Source of the DNA: Candidatus Brockarchaeota archaeon
GTDB lineage: Archaea; Thermoproteota; EX4484-205; JAAOZP01
Length of the DNA stretch: 64,000 nucleotides
Reading direction: 5' to 3'
NCBI GenBank assembly: GCA_017601225.1
Contig: JAFNIX010000011.1
Span: forward strand, 1,121-65,120
The position numbers and the translations under genes are program-made. A model generated the notes under the pieces. It saw nothing but the letters and a program-made list of their open reading frames with translations, ran no database searches and was not told the DNA's origin. Shown in pieces: positions 9,984 through 18,674 of this stretch (positions are counted from its first letter, which is position 1; each line of letters starts with the position of its first letter).

Positions 9984-11531
9984 TCACAACCCTATTTTAA
10001 TGGGCGGTTTCCCCGCTGGCTTAAACTTGCCTTTTAAAACCTTCAAAGCAGCCTTGACTGCGGTTACACTGGGGGTGAAAGCAGCAACGCAGATCTTTGC
10101 ACTGCTTAACTGAGGCAGGTCCTCAGGGGCTCCGAGCGATATGACTATGCTCTCCCTGAAGAACTCGACAAGCTTTTTAAGCATAGATAGCTCCCGCCTG
10201 CTTTCCTGCGAATTATACGCCAGCACTAAGAGCAGCGTATTGCTAGGGGTGCTTCTGTAGATCTCCCCAAGTTTCTTGCTGGAAACCTCTTCGAAGCGCT
10301 CTAAAAGGTTAAACCCTCCGAGCTCCTCCCTCAGGGCTTCTTCAAGGGCGCTCCTGCCTGATTCCCCAAGCTGTTCTTCAAACTTATCTGTAACGACGAC
10401 TAAAGGTTTACCCAGCCATCTTAAGGGGAGCTCATCAACACCCTTAACCAGACTTATGCTCCGAATAAAAATTTTCCAAGCCTTAGTCCTGTTTATAATG
10501 CTGCCCCTTGTTTTCTCAGGGGTTTTTTTAAACTTCTCAAACTTTTTAAGCTTAAAACTCAACACTTCGAGAGCACTGCTTCTTATTCTTTCGTATAAAT
10601 TCCTGTCCTCCCTAGCTTTTTCAAGAATACTGTTCAAAACCTCCAGTGTTTTATCCATTCTTCTCGAAGGCACCACTATATGGTTGCCTGCTTTCAAAGC
10701 CCTCACCGCAGCCTCCTCGAGGTCAAAGCTTTCCGAGACCTGCTTATCATCCAAATAATCCGTCAAGAGAATGTTTTTAAAACCCATTTCCCGCTTAACT
10801 ATCTTCTCAACAACTCTGGGCGATAAAGAGGACGGGGTATCCCTGTCCCCTGCAGCCGGAAGAGGACTGTGCCCAATCACAACCCCTTCAACACCGGATT
10901 TAAAAGCCTCTTGAAAAGGCTTGAAGTCCCGTCTAAGAACCCCGTTAAGGTCTTCAGCCTCGCCACCATGCTTCTCGTAAAACCTTCCGGGAAAATATTT
11001 GACGAAGGACAGGACACCTCCGTTTCTAAGACCCCTTATGTAGCTGACCACGTAGCTAGACACTTCATCAGGATCATCCCCAAAGCAGTTCTCACCTATT
11101 CCAGGGGAGTAAATATTCGCCACCGGCGCCAGGTTGGTGTTAATGCTAAGCGTCCTTAATTCTAGGGCGGTAACGTAACCGGTTATGTAGGCTGACTTCT
11201 CATCTCCAGTTGCACCAACACCCATTTGACTAGGCAGCTCGGTTACAGGCGGGTAAACACCCTCGAGACCCTTCCCCTCATGTTCAGCAGCAATTATGAG
11301 TGAGAAGCCTAGGGCTCTCCTATAGGCGGCAGCCAGCTCCTTCAAGGAGGAGCCTGGATTTTTAAGCCCCGACAAGGCTTTCCTCCCTATTATCAACCCG
11401 CTTAAAGCGTTCTCCAAAACCGTCTTCTCAAGCTCGCTGAAGTTTTTCACCTCGTCAACATAAGCCATCACGGTTTGGCCGGCAATCTTTTCAAAAGGTG
11501 TTCTCTGAACGATCCGCTCCAGCGTGACCAT
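9984..11531 (-). CDS. glycoside hydrolase family 3 (beta-N-acetylhexosaminidase/NagZ-like)
   Basis: VKYFPGRFYEKHGG matches the KHFPGHG-type motif. REMGFKNILLTDYLDD matches the GFxGxvxTD nucleophile region. It has an extra C-terminal alpha/beta domain. Confidence 0.75.
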   Translation of the reverse strand: MVTLERIVQRTPFEKIAGQTVMAYVDEVKNFSELEKTVLENALSGLIIGRKALSGLKNPGSSLKELAAAYRRALGFSLIIAAEHEGKGLEGVYPPVTELPSQMGVGATGDEKSAYITGYVTALELRTLSINTNLAPVANIYSPGIGENCFGDDPDEVSSYVVSYIRGLRNGGVLSFVKYFPGRFYEKHGGEAEDLNGVLRRDFKPFQEAFKSGVEGVVIGHSPLPAAGDRDTPSSLSPRVVEKIVKREMGFKNILLTDYLDDKQVSESFDLEEAAVRALKAGNHIVVPSRRMDKTLEVLNSILEKAREDRNLYERIRSSALEVLSFKLKKFEKFKKTPEKTRGSIINRTKAWKIFIRSISLVKGVDELPLRWLGKPLVVVTDKFEEQLGESGRSALEEALREELGGFNLLERFEEVSSKKLGEIYRSTPSNTLLLVLAYNSQESRRELSMLKKLVEFFRESIVISLGAPEDLPQLSSAKICVAAFTPSVTAVKAALKVLKGKFKPAGKPPIKIGL

Positions 11532-11632
11532 TCCTTATTCTTTCACCGTCCTCCCATCTTTCGACGTCGTTTTAATCAGATGATCCATCAGGTTTCCCTG
11601 CTTTAAAAAGCCTATAAGGATTTCCCTGCCGT

Positions 11633-11986
11633 TTAAAAACGTTTTTCCAAGCAGTGTTCAATATTTTCCATGAAGTCTCTCAGCCGCATGCCTCCTTTTT
11701 TACTGATCTTTTCACCCGGTGTGAAAACCCTTATGTCGCCATATCCGAAGTCCACTACGACGTAAAGGGGAAACCCTTCGATTTCACCGGGCATAGGCCC
11801 CTCCACGTATAACAAGTGTTTACTAGTGGACTTAACCTGCATCAGAATACACTTGCCCCTTCTGAGGCAAACCAAGTCTGCCGGCCCAAGGCTTCCGCCG
11901 GACCTAACAGTCATCCAACCGTGTCTTTGGAGAAGCATTCTGATCTTACGCTCAGCAAGATAGCCTTTCCTCTTCGGGGGAGCCAT
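11633..11986 (-). CDS. hjc: Holliday-junction resolvase Hjc-like (PD-(D/E)xK fold), with Gln in place of the ExK glutamate
   Basis: KRKGYLAERKIRMLLQRHGWMTVRSGGSLGPADLVCLRRGKCILMQVKS aligns with Hjc (E…D…ExK), but reads Q-V-K. I used the ATG at 11986 (MAPPKRKG…) rather than the track's GTG at 12004. Confidence 0.7.
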   Translation of the reverse strand: MAPPKRKGYLAERKIRMLLQRHGWMTVRSGGSLGPADLVCLRRGKCILMQVKSTSKHLLYVEGPMPGEIEGFPLYVVVDFGYGDIRVFTPGEKISKKGGMRLRDFMENIEHCLEKRF

Positions 11987-11996
11987 GGGGCACGAC

Positions 11997-13172
11997 CTAA
12001 ACACTCTTAATCAATTTAACGATTTCCATCCCGTCTACAAGCCCAAGCGATCCTTTAAGCCCAGAATTCTCGTCGAAAGGAAGCCCGTCCCCCTTTAAGC
12101 CCGGTTTCATAACGGTGAAAGGAGTCGGGTCCAACGTATGGTTCCTAACAGACACCGGCGTCGGATGGTCTACAAGTATGCTTATCGAAACGTTTTCCTC
12201 AACGCTGTCAAGTATTTTCTTTAAAAGCCTCCTATCCATCTCCTCAATAACCTTCACCTTGGTTTCGAAAGAACCCTCGTGGCCAGCCTCATCGGGAGCC
12301 TCAACATGCAGATACACGAAGTCGAATTCCTCAAGAGCTTTAACCGCGTAAGCCGCCTTATTCTCGTAGCTAGTATCATAGTAGCCGGTTGCACCCGGTA
12401 CTTCGGGTACATGCATCTGAGCGAGCTTACCAATCCCCTTTATCAGGTCTACCGCCGCTATAACCACGCCTCTTAAGCCGTGTTTCAAAGAGAACGGCTC
12501 CAGGCTGGGCATTCTACCCTGCCCCCATATCCAAGCCATGTTCGCAGGCCTATCGCCCGCTTTTCTCCTCCGGATGTTCACCTGGTTTTCAGAAAGAATC
12601 CTGATCGACTCAACCATCATCCTGTTAAGCAGCCTAGACTCCTCGTTATCAGGCTTCAACAAGTGCTTACCATATTCCTCGCCGACAATATCGTGCGGCG
12701 GAGTAGCTCTTAACCCACCACCCCACTTGGAGACGAAAATATTCCTGTAGCTGACACCCGTGTAAAACCTTCCGATGTTGACGAACCTTCTGTTCAACTC
12801 CGATATTAAAACTTCAGCATCGCTCGTAGTAACATGACCACCAGAGTAGTCCACAACCCTGTTTTCCTCAACGGTTATGAGATTACATCTGAAAACAACC
12901 TCATTATCCCCAACCCTTACGCCTCTGGCTGCAGCCTCCAACGGGCCTCTCCCAGTGTAGCAGGAGTAGGGGTCATACCCCAGTATGATGAGGTTTGCAA
13001 CGTCGCTTCCCCGGGGCAGGTTCGGCCGGAGTGTTCGAAGCATACCCATTCTTCCTCTTCTAGCTATTTCATCCATGTTGGGCTTCTCCGCTGCTTGAAG
13101 AGGAGTTTTACCGTTCGCCTCCTCAACCGGGTAGTCCGCCATTCCGTCTCCAACTATTACCAGGTGCTTCAA
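11997..13172 (-). CDS. apgM: 2,3-bisphosphoglycerate-independent phosphoglycerate mutase, archaeal type
   Basis: MKHLVIVGDGMADYPVEEANGKTPLQAAEKPNMDEIARRGRMGMLRTL… and a C-terminal VYLHVEAPDEAGHEG are ApgM hallmarks. TTG start. Confidence 0.9.
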   Translation of the reverse strand: MKHLVIVGDGMADYPVEEANGKTPLQAAEKPNMDEIARRGRMGMLRTLRPNLPRGSDVANLIILGYDPYSCYTGRGPLEAAARGVRVGDNEVVFRCNLITVEENRVVDYSGGHVTTSDAEVLISELNRRFVNIGRFYTGVSYRNIFVSKWGGGLRATPPHDIVGEEYGKHLLKPDNEESRLLNRMMVESIRILSENQVNIRRRKAGDRPANMAWIWGQGRMPSLEPFSLKHGLRGVVIAAVDLIKGIGKLAQMHVPEVPGATGYYDTSYENKAAYAVKALEEFDFVYLHVEAPDEAGHEGSFETKVKVIEEMDRRLLKKILDSVEENVSISILVDHPTPVSVRNHTLDPTPFTVMKPGLKGDGLPFDENSGLKGSLGLVDGMEIVKLIKSV

Positions 13173-13258
13173 ACCCCCTCTGTGACTGTTAGAAAATTTT
13201 TAAGATTTTCGAACACGTTGGATAAACTTATTAGGCTTAAGCCTAGTAAGAAACCGGC

Positions 13259-13576
13259 TTGAAGAGGAAAACAGACCAGGTTGATAAAATACTCGAGCTG
13301 CTTGCTAGGAGAAGGCTTGAAGAGGCTGAGAAGCAGCTGGATGGGTTTAAGCCCAGCGGCGGATACGAGGCTGGCTACTTCAAAGGCTTGAGAGGAATTC
13401 TTCAAACGCTTAGGAAGCCTGTTGAAGGAAGCATTGTCGGAGAGCCTAAGGAGGATTTGGAGAAGCATGTGAAAAGCCTCATGGAAACGGTTGAAACACA
13501 TTGCTTAAGCCAGGAGGAGGAGGGGTTTTTCGCAGCCTGGGTTGACTTCCTGGAGAAACTATTCGTAGGGGAATAG
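13259..13576 (+). CDS. small helical hypothetical protein (105 aa)
   Basis: It has charged, helical, protein-like composition, whereas the overlapping antisense ORF 13169..13501 looks like a shadow ORF. The TTG start is uncertain. Confidence 0.4.
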   Translation: MKRKTDQVDKILELLARRRLEEAEKQLDGFKPSGGYEAGYFKGLRGILQTLRKPVEGSIVGEPKEDLEKHVKSLMETVETHCLSQEEEGFFAAWVDFLEKLFVGE

Positions 13577-13849
13577 AATGTTATACAGGAGGAACCACGT
13601 GAAAAGCCAAGCCAGGAAGAAGCTTCCCACGCCCTCCTTCCAAACGGCGCTCTCATCCCTAAGCCTGCCCTTATAGATTCTTTTGAAAAAATAGTAGGTT
13701 AAGAAGTATGCCATAACCATGTTTAGGAGGGCGCTTATTATCGGGGAAGGGGAACGCCAGAAGAAGGCGTGTAAAGCACCCAGTATGGCTCCTAGGGCAA
13801 CCCTCGTCCAGTAAATGAGGCTTTCAGGTTTAAATCTGGATTCGCTCAT
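13559..13849 (-). CDS. small membrane protein (96 aa, about 3 TM)
   Basis: Hydrophobic segments: LIYWTRVALGAILGALHAFFW, IISALLNMVMAYFLTYYFF, VGSFFLAWLFTWFLLYNILF. It is divergent from the NFACT gene. Confidence 0.45.
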   Translation of the reverse strand: MSESRFKPESLIYWTRVALGAILGALHAFFWRSPSPIISALLNMVMAYFLTYYFFKRIYKGRLRDESAVWKEGVGSFFLAWLFTWFLLYNILFPYE

Positions 13850-13854
13850 TCATC

Positions 13855-15759
13855 TTGAGCTTGAAACCCTCGAAAATAAGTCTTTCCAGCATAGACTACC
13901 TTGTGCTCTCCAGGGAGCTTTCTAAAGAGCTTCAGGGAGCATGGGTTGACAACGTGTACAGTAATCCTGATTACGGATACTATCTGATGGTTTTCAGAAG
14001 CGGCGGGGTTGTCAAGAAGCTAGTCATAATACCCGGGGAATCATTGTTTCTAACTCGACGCGATTACCCTGTTCCAAGTACTCCTGAAAGCAGCGTATTG
14101 CAGCTTAGGAGAGTAGTCTGCAACCTTAGGGTTGAGAGCGTGGATCAGCATGACTTTGACAGGATTATAATCATGAGTCTTTCCAGGGGAGGGTTTAAAG
14201 CCAGGCTTATCGTGGAGGGGTTGAGACGAGGCGTCATCGCCCTTGTCTCTGAAGACTGGCGTATCCTTTTCACTTCTCAGAGGATCGAGCTTGGAGCCAG
14301 ATCGCTCAGAGAAGGGGAGAAATACGTTTTCCCACCGTCAAACATATTTGACCCAACGGGTGCCCCGGGTAGCCTGGAGGCCCTGCAGAAGTATTCCTCG
14401 GAAAAGCTTGGCAGGCTGATAGCCGGTAGGCTGGGCTTCGGGTCTAAAACAATGAGTGAGATATGTAGAAGAATGGGGCTGGATCCTGATTCAAGCGTTG
14501 AAGGAAAGCTCCCCCTCGTGTTCGAGACCATACGCATGCTTATCAAGGAGGCTGAAGTGTCTCCTAAGCCGCGGATCTATTATCGTGAGGGACGCCCGGT
14601 GGAAGTGTCTGCAATAAGGCTCCTCTCCTTAGAGAGCATGGAGCAGAAGGAGGTTGAAACCGTTTCAGAGGCTTTGGACGAATACTATGCTACACTCGGG
14701 TTTGAGGCTGTTGCTAAGGATGAGAAATCTTCCTTAGAGCTGGGCAGACTGGTTAGAATAAGGGAGAACCTTGCTTCCGAAGTGGAGACGTTGAGGAATA
14801 AGGCTAGGATGATCATGGAGAACCTTCCAGGCTTCCAGGCGGTTTTAGACGCTGCAAGAAACAGGGGGGAAGCGCCCGCAGGATTTAAGATTCTTGAAAC
14901 AGACTACGGTAGGAGAACCGTTAAAATACTGTTTAACGATTCAGAGTTTAAGCTTAGCCTGGATTCCTCGGCCGCGTCAAACGCCTCCAGCATGTTTGAG
15001 GAGGCTAAGAAAATAGAGAAGCATCTTTCCGAGATCGATGGCAAGATTCTTCTGCTTAAGGAGAAGACCTCTGCTGAAAGGAGAAGAATGGTTCCTGAGA
15101 GAAGGGTTGAAAGAAAATGGTTTGAAAAATTCCGGTGGAACATATCGGTTAACGGAAACCTGATTCTAGCCGGTAGAGACGCTGGGACAAACGAGCTTCT
15201 CGTCAAGAAGCATGTTTCGGATAGAAGCATAGTGTTTCACGCGGACTTCACAGGGGCACCGTTCGTAACAATACATAACGTTGAAACCCCTTCGGAGGAG
15301 GAGCTTGAGGAGGCTGCGCTCATGGCGGCATGCTACACTACAAGAGCCTGGGAGAACAAGTATGCTTCCCTAGACGTCTACTGGGTTAGGGGAAGCCAGG
15401 TAAGCAAGCAGGCTCCCCCCGGCCAGTATCTGCCTAAGGGCGCGTTCATGATAAGGGGGGATAAGAACTTCATTAGAAATGTTGAGCTTAAGCTTTGGAT
15501 CGGTGTTTCAGATGACGGCGAGGTGGCCTACGGGAGTCTAAGCAAGGTAAAGGCAAGGTGTAGAAAGTACGCGATGGTGCTTCCGGGGGACAAGGATAAG
15601 AATCGTGAAGCAGCTTTACTCGCAAAGAGGTTTCTTAAAGACATGTCTCTTCCCCGTGAAGCATTGCCAGGGCTGCTCGAGAGGATTCGCAGCATTATTC
15701 CAGGGAGACACTGTGAAGTCCACTACATGCCACCCGTTCCTCCGGAGCAAGTAAAATAG
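13855..15759 (+). CDS. NFACT-family protein (FbpA / Rqc2-NEMF homologue, ribosome quality control)
   Basis: 634 aa with an NFACT-N-like N-terminus and a central coiled coil. The NFACT-R/DUF814 region reads WFEKFRWNISVNGNLILAGRDAGTNELLVKKH… and DVYWVRGSQVSKQAPPGQYLPKGAFMIRGDKNF. Confidence 0.85.
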   Translation: MSLKPSKISLSSIDYLVLSRELSKELQGAWVDNVYSNPDYGYYLMVFRSGGVVKKLVIIPGESLFLTRRDYPVPSTPESSVLQLRRVVCNLRVESVDQHDFDRIIIMSLSRGGFKARLIVEGLRRGVIALVSEDWRILFTSQRIELGARSLREGEKYVFPPSNIFDPTGAPGSLEALQKYSSEKLGRLIAGRLGFGSKTMSEICRRMGLDPDSSVEGKLPLVFETIRMLIKEAEVSPKPRIYYREGRPVEVSAIRLLSLESMEQKEVETVSEALDEYYATLGFEAVAKDEKSSLELGRLVRIRENLASEVETLRNKARMIMENLPGFQAVLDAARNRGEAPAGFKILETDYGRRTVKILFNDSEFKLSLDSSAASNASSMFEEAKKIEKHLSEIDGKILLLKEKTSAERRRMVPERRVERKWFEKFRWNISVNGNLILAGRDAGTNELLVKKHVSDRSIVFHADFTGAPFVTIHNVETPSEEELEEAALMAACYTTRAWENKYASLDVYWVRGSQVSKQAPPGQYLPKGAFMIRGDKNFIRNVELKLWIGVSDDGEVAYGSLSKVKARCRKYAMVLPGDKDKNREAALLAKRFLKDMSLPREALPGLLERIRSIIPGRHCEVHYMPPVPPEQVK

Positions 15760-15810
15760 CAATCCGCATGCTCAGCTTTGGAAAATGTTAATGCTTAAAA
15801 GGAGGACGCG

Positions 15811-16971
15811 TTGGGGAAAACCGGGTTGAAAATAGCCGCCAGGATAAGCAGGATTGCCGAGCCGCCACATAGAAGGATTTTGAAGGAAGCCTTGTCTAGA
15901 AGGAGCATTGTGATGAACCTTAGCGTAGGGGATATTTTCATAGAGCCCCACCCGTTGGTTAAGGAAGCCGTTAGGAAAGCCTCTGAGGAAAGCAGCCTCA
16001 CATACCCCCCGGTAGAAGGGTTCAGCGAGCTTAGAAGCCTGATAGCTGAATACCTAGTGGAGAGCAGGGGTTTAGAAATAAAAGCTGAGAACATTCTGGT
16101 GACAGCGGGGGCTTCGGAAGCGTTTCTCATAGCGTTAATGACCCTGCTTGATCCTGGGGACAGGATTATTCTACCAGACCCCACTTACCCTCAGCACACT
16201 CTTGCGGTGAACCTTTTCGACAGTGTTACAATAGACTATTATAGTCAGGATTCGGATGTTAGCAATCAGGTTGCTGGGGGGAAAGACGGGCACAGCCTTA
16301 TACTGGTTTGCTCCCCGAACAACCCGACTGGAAGAATTATTTCAGCAAAAGACATGGAGAGGCTTGTAGAGCATGTTCGAGAAACCGGTTGCACGATTGT
16401 TTCCGACGAGACTTATTTAGAAATATTTTTCAATGGAAATAGGCCTGTGAGCCCCGGAAGCTTCGACATCGGTCTTGAAAACACCATCATCATAGGAAGC
16501 TTCTCTAAGAACATGGGGATAACCGGATTAAGAGTGGGCTTCATAGCTTCTGAAAAAAGCATGATCAGCAGGGCAAGCATGGTTAGGTACGCTACTTCGC
16601 TAACGTCAAACACGCTGGGGCAACGCGTAGTTTTGAAAACGCTTCCCCTCATAAACGAGATATCCGGGTATGTAAGGATGAGTGTTGAGAAACGCCTTAG
16701 AATGTTCCTAGAGGGATTTAAGAGAAGCGATTTGCTTAAGGTCTACGAGCCTCAGGGCTCGCTCTACATATTCCCATACGTGCCGTTCAAATCGTTCGAG
16801 TTCTGTCTTGAGCTGGCTAGGGAGACAGGGGTAGTCATGGCTCCAGGCCAGGGCTTTGGGCCATCAGGCGAAAACCATGTTAGAATAAGCTTCGGAGCGA
16901 GGGAGGAAGACATAATAAATTCAATAGGGTTGTTAAACAGGTTTGAGCCTAAGGTTGAACGATGCTTTTAA
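15811..16971 (+). CDS. class I/II pyridoxal-phosphate aminotransferase (aspartate aminotransferase-like)
   Basis: PLP-lysine motif SFSKNMGITGLRVGF, CSPNNPTGRI, and overall AAT-like length. Confidence 0.9.
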   Translation: MGKTGLKIAARISRIAEPPHRRILKEALSRRSIVMNLSVGDIFIEPHPLVKEAVRKASEESSLTYPPVEGFSELRSLIAEYLVESRGLEIKAENILVTAGASEAFLIALMTLLDPGDRIILPDPTYPQHTLAVNLFDSVTIDYYSQDSDVSNQVAGGKDGHSLILVCSPNNPTGRIISAKDMERLVEHVRETGCTIVSDETYLEIFFNGNRPVSPGSFDIGLENTIIIGSFSKNMGITGLRVGFIASEKSMISRASMVRYATSLTSNTLGQRVVLKTLPLINEISGYVRMSVEKRLRMFLEGFKRSDLLKVYEPQGSLYIFPYVPFKSFEFCLELARETGVVMAPGQGFGPSGENHVRISFGAREEDIINSIGLLNRFEPKVERCF

Positions 16972-17734
16972 AGAAGGCAAGGACGTTCTCCTAATCTCGT
17001 CTAAAGGGAAGAAACGAGTCGTGAAAATACAGGGAGACCGTATTCACACCCATAAAGGATACATTCAGGTCGGAGACATCGTTGGCCACCAGCCTGGAAT
17101 AGTGGTTAGAACACACACGGGAGACGAGTTCCTCGTCCTTAAACCCCTGGTTGCAGACTATATTCCTAAGCTGGCTAGGAGGACGCAGGTGATGTATCCT
17201 AAGGACCTTGGCTACATGGTTTTAAGCCTAGGGTTATCGCCAGGCTTCAAGGTTCTGGACGCGGGCACCGGAAGCGGGGCTGCCGCCATGGTTATGGCGA
17301 GCCTCGTAAAACCTACTGGGAAAGTATTCTCTTACGATGTGGACGAGGCATCCATAGCTGTTGCCAGGAGGAACCTTGAAAGAGTTGGCCTCCTTGAGTA
17401 CGTTGAACTAGTGCATGAAGACGTTAAGAAAGCTGTTTTCAAAGAGTTTTTCGACGCTGCTTTAATGGATCTTCCAGATCCTTGGGAAGCCCTGAATAAT
17501 GTTTCAAGGTTCCTTAAGCCGTCAGCCAGAATATGTCTCGTACTACCAACTATGAACCAGCTGGAGAAGGCTTACTCTGCGCTAGTAGACTCTGGGATAG
17601 CGCATCTCGAAACAGTGGAAATATTTCTCAGGAGGATAAGGCCGTTCCAGGGGAAGGTTAGGCCCGAGTCCATTATGACTGGGCACACCGCCTACCTTAT
17701 GCTGGGCGTAAAGGTTTCTAGAGAAAACGTTTAA
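16943..17734 (+). CDS. trmI: tRNA (adenine-N1)-methyltransferase TrmI (Gcd14 family)
   Basis: FKEGKDVLLISSKGKKRVVKIQGDRIHTHKGYIQ, the SAM motif VLDAGTGSGAAAMVMASLVKPTGKVFSYDVDE, and DLPDPWEAL. The start is uncertain (TTG 16943 overlaps the upstream gene). Confidence 0.85.
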   Translation: MSLRLNDAFKEGKDVLLISSKGKKRVVKIQGDRIHTHKGYIQVGDIVGHQPGIVVRTHTGDEFLVLKPLVADYIPKLARRTQVMYPKDLGYMVLSLGLSPGFKVLDAGTGSGAAAMVMASLVKPTGKVFSYDVDEASIAVARRNLERVGLLEYVELVHEDVKKAVFKEFFDAALMDLPDPWEALNNVSRFLKPSARICLVLPTMNQLEKAYSALVDSGIAHLETVEIFLRRIRPFQGKVRPESIMTGHTAYLMLGVKVSRENV

Positions 17735-17761
17735 AAAGAACACGGAGAGAGTAGCGTCGGA

Positions 17762-18364
17762 TTGGAGAAGAAGGAGGCGGTTTACTCGGCTGGAAACCTG
17801 CTAGTACTAGTAGGTTTAGTTGTTCTCTCAACATTAATATTCGCCACCAGCCTCCAAGTCACCGGCTTTCTAAGAACGGGTATAAATCTTTTCAGCTCCA
17901 TCCTTATATTCCTAGGCTCAGTGCTCCCCTTCCTGCTTAAAGAAATGGATGCCCAGCGCAGAATGAGGAGCATTGGGCTAAGATGCTTTACGTCAAGCTT
18001 CATAATGTCAATACTGCTCCTGGCTCAAACAATAGTAAGGGGGTTCGCCTCAACGGTGCCGATTCTAGCATCGCTAGCATTAGGATTATCCGGCATCGCG
18101 GCATACCTCCTTTCAAGAACTGGGAGAATCACCCCGCCACCCATCAGGGAAATACTTCTATTCATCTCAATAATAATGGTTTTTTCAACCCCAATGATAC
18201 ACTTGCTTCTGGAAGACCTCGCGATGGATGTTAATGCTGCCAGAATAATGTCGGTCAGCCTACTAGTTGTCTTCACGGGATTACTCTATTTTTCGCTAAA
18301 GAAGCCCAACAATCCTTCTGGAACCGGTTCAGGTGAAAAAGGGCCTAAACCGCCGGATACGTAA
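17762..18364 (+). CDS. polytopic membrane protein, unknown function
   Basis: 200 aa with about 6 hydrophobic segments and a Pro/Gly-rich tail. Confidence 0.5.
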   Translation: MEKKEAVYSAGNLLVLVGLVVLSTLIFATSLQVTGFLRTGINLFSSILIFLGSVLPFLLKEMDAQRRMRSIGLRCFTSSFIMSILLLAQTIVRGFASTVPILASLALGLSGIAAYLLSRTGRITPPPIREILLFISIIMVFSTPMIHLLLEDLAMDVNAARIMSVSLLVVFTGLLYFSLKKPNNPSGTGSGEKGPKPPDT

Positions 18365-18674
18365 CGCTTAAAACCGTCTTGAAAACATTCTGAACAGGGT
18401 AGACCAGGCTCCTGTCAAGGGGGAAACCCTGAAGCAGGCCTCAACATCTTGAGGAGGGTACAAGCCGCCTCGACCATGGGGACTGGGCTCGAAACCCGTG
18501 GAGAGGTTGAAGCTGCCTTCCCAAGGTGTTGCGGAGTAAAAGCATCCTCCTCAGGCTTGTTGAAAAGCGGATTGGGGGGATGAGCCTACTAGCCTGGGCC
18601 CAAAGCCCTGAGTGGTAAAGGCAAGCCTTATTAAAGAGGCTGTGGGAAGCAAGTTAGTGCTTTCCAACCCTGAT

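Noticed and set aside
13169-13501. 110-aa minus-strand ORF overlapping the 105-aa + strand ORF
   Set aside because: Its composition looks like an antisense artefact, and it would extend the apgM transcript region without a start context. The + strand ORF is more protein-like, though itself only weakly supported.
18482-18500. tRNA-like T-arm (gggctcgaaaccc)
   Set aside because: The T-loop would be CUCGAAA (C54). The stem is only 3-4 bp, and no acceptor, D or anticodon arms can be built on either strand.
18365-18674. Tested whether the structured region is SRP (7S) RNA or RNase P RNA
   Set aside because: A GNRA hairpin followed by …GAAGCAGGCC superficially resembles SRP helix 8. But the conserved symmetric-loop nucleotides (5' AGG / 3' AGCA directly flanking the stem) do not line up, and there is not enough room upstream for an Alu domain and helix 5. 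No GAGGAAAGUCC or ACAGAA RNase P conserved regions occur on either strand. It is kept only as an unclassified candidate.
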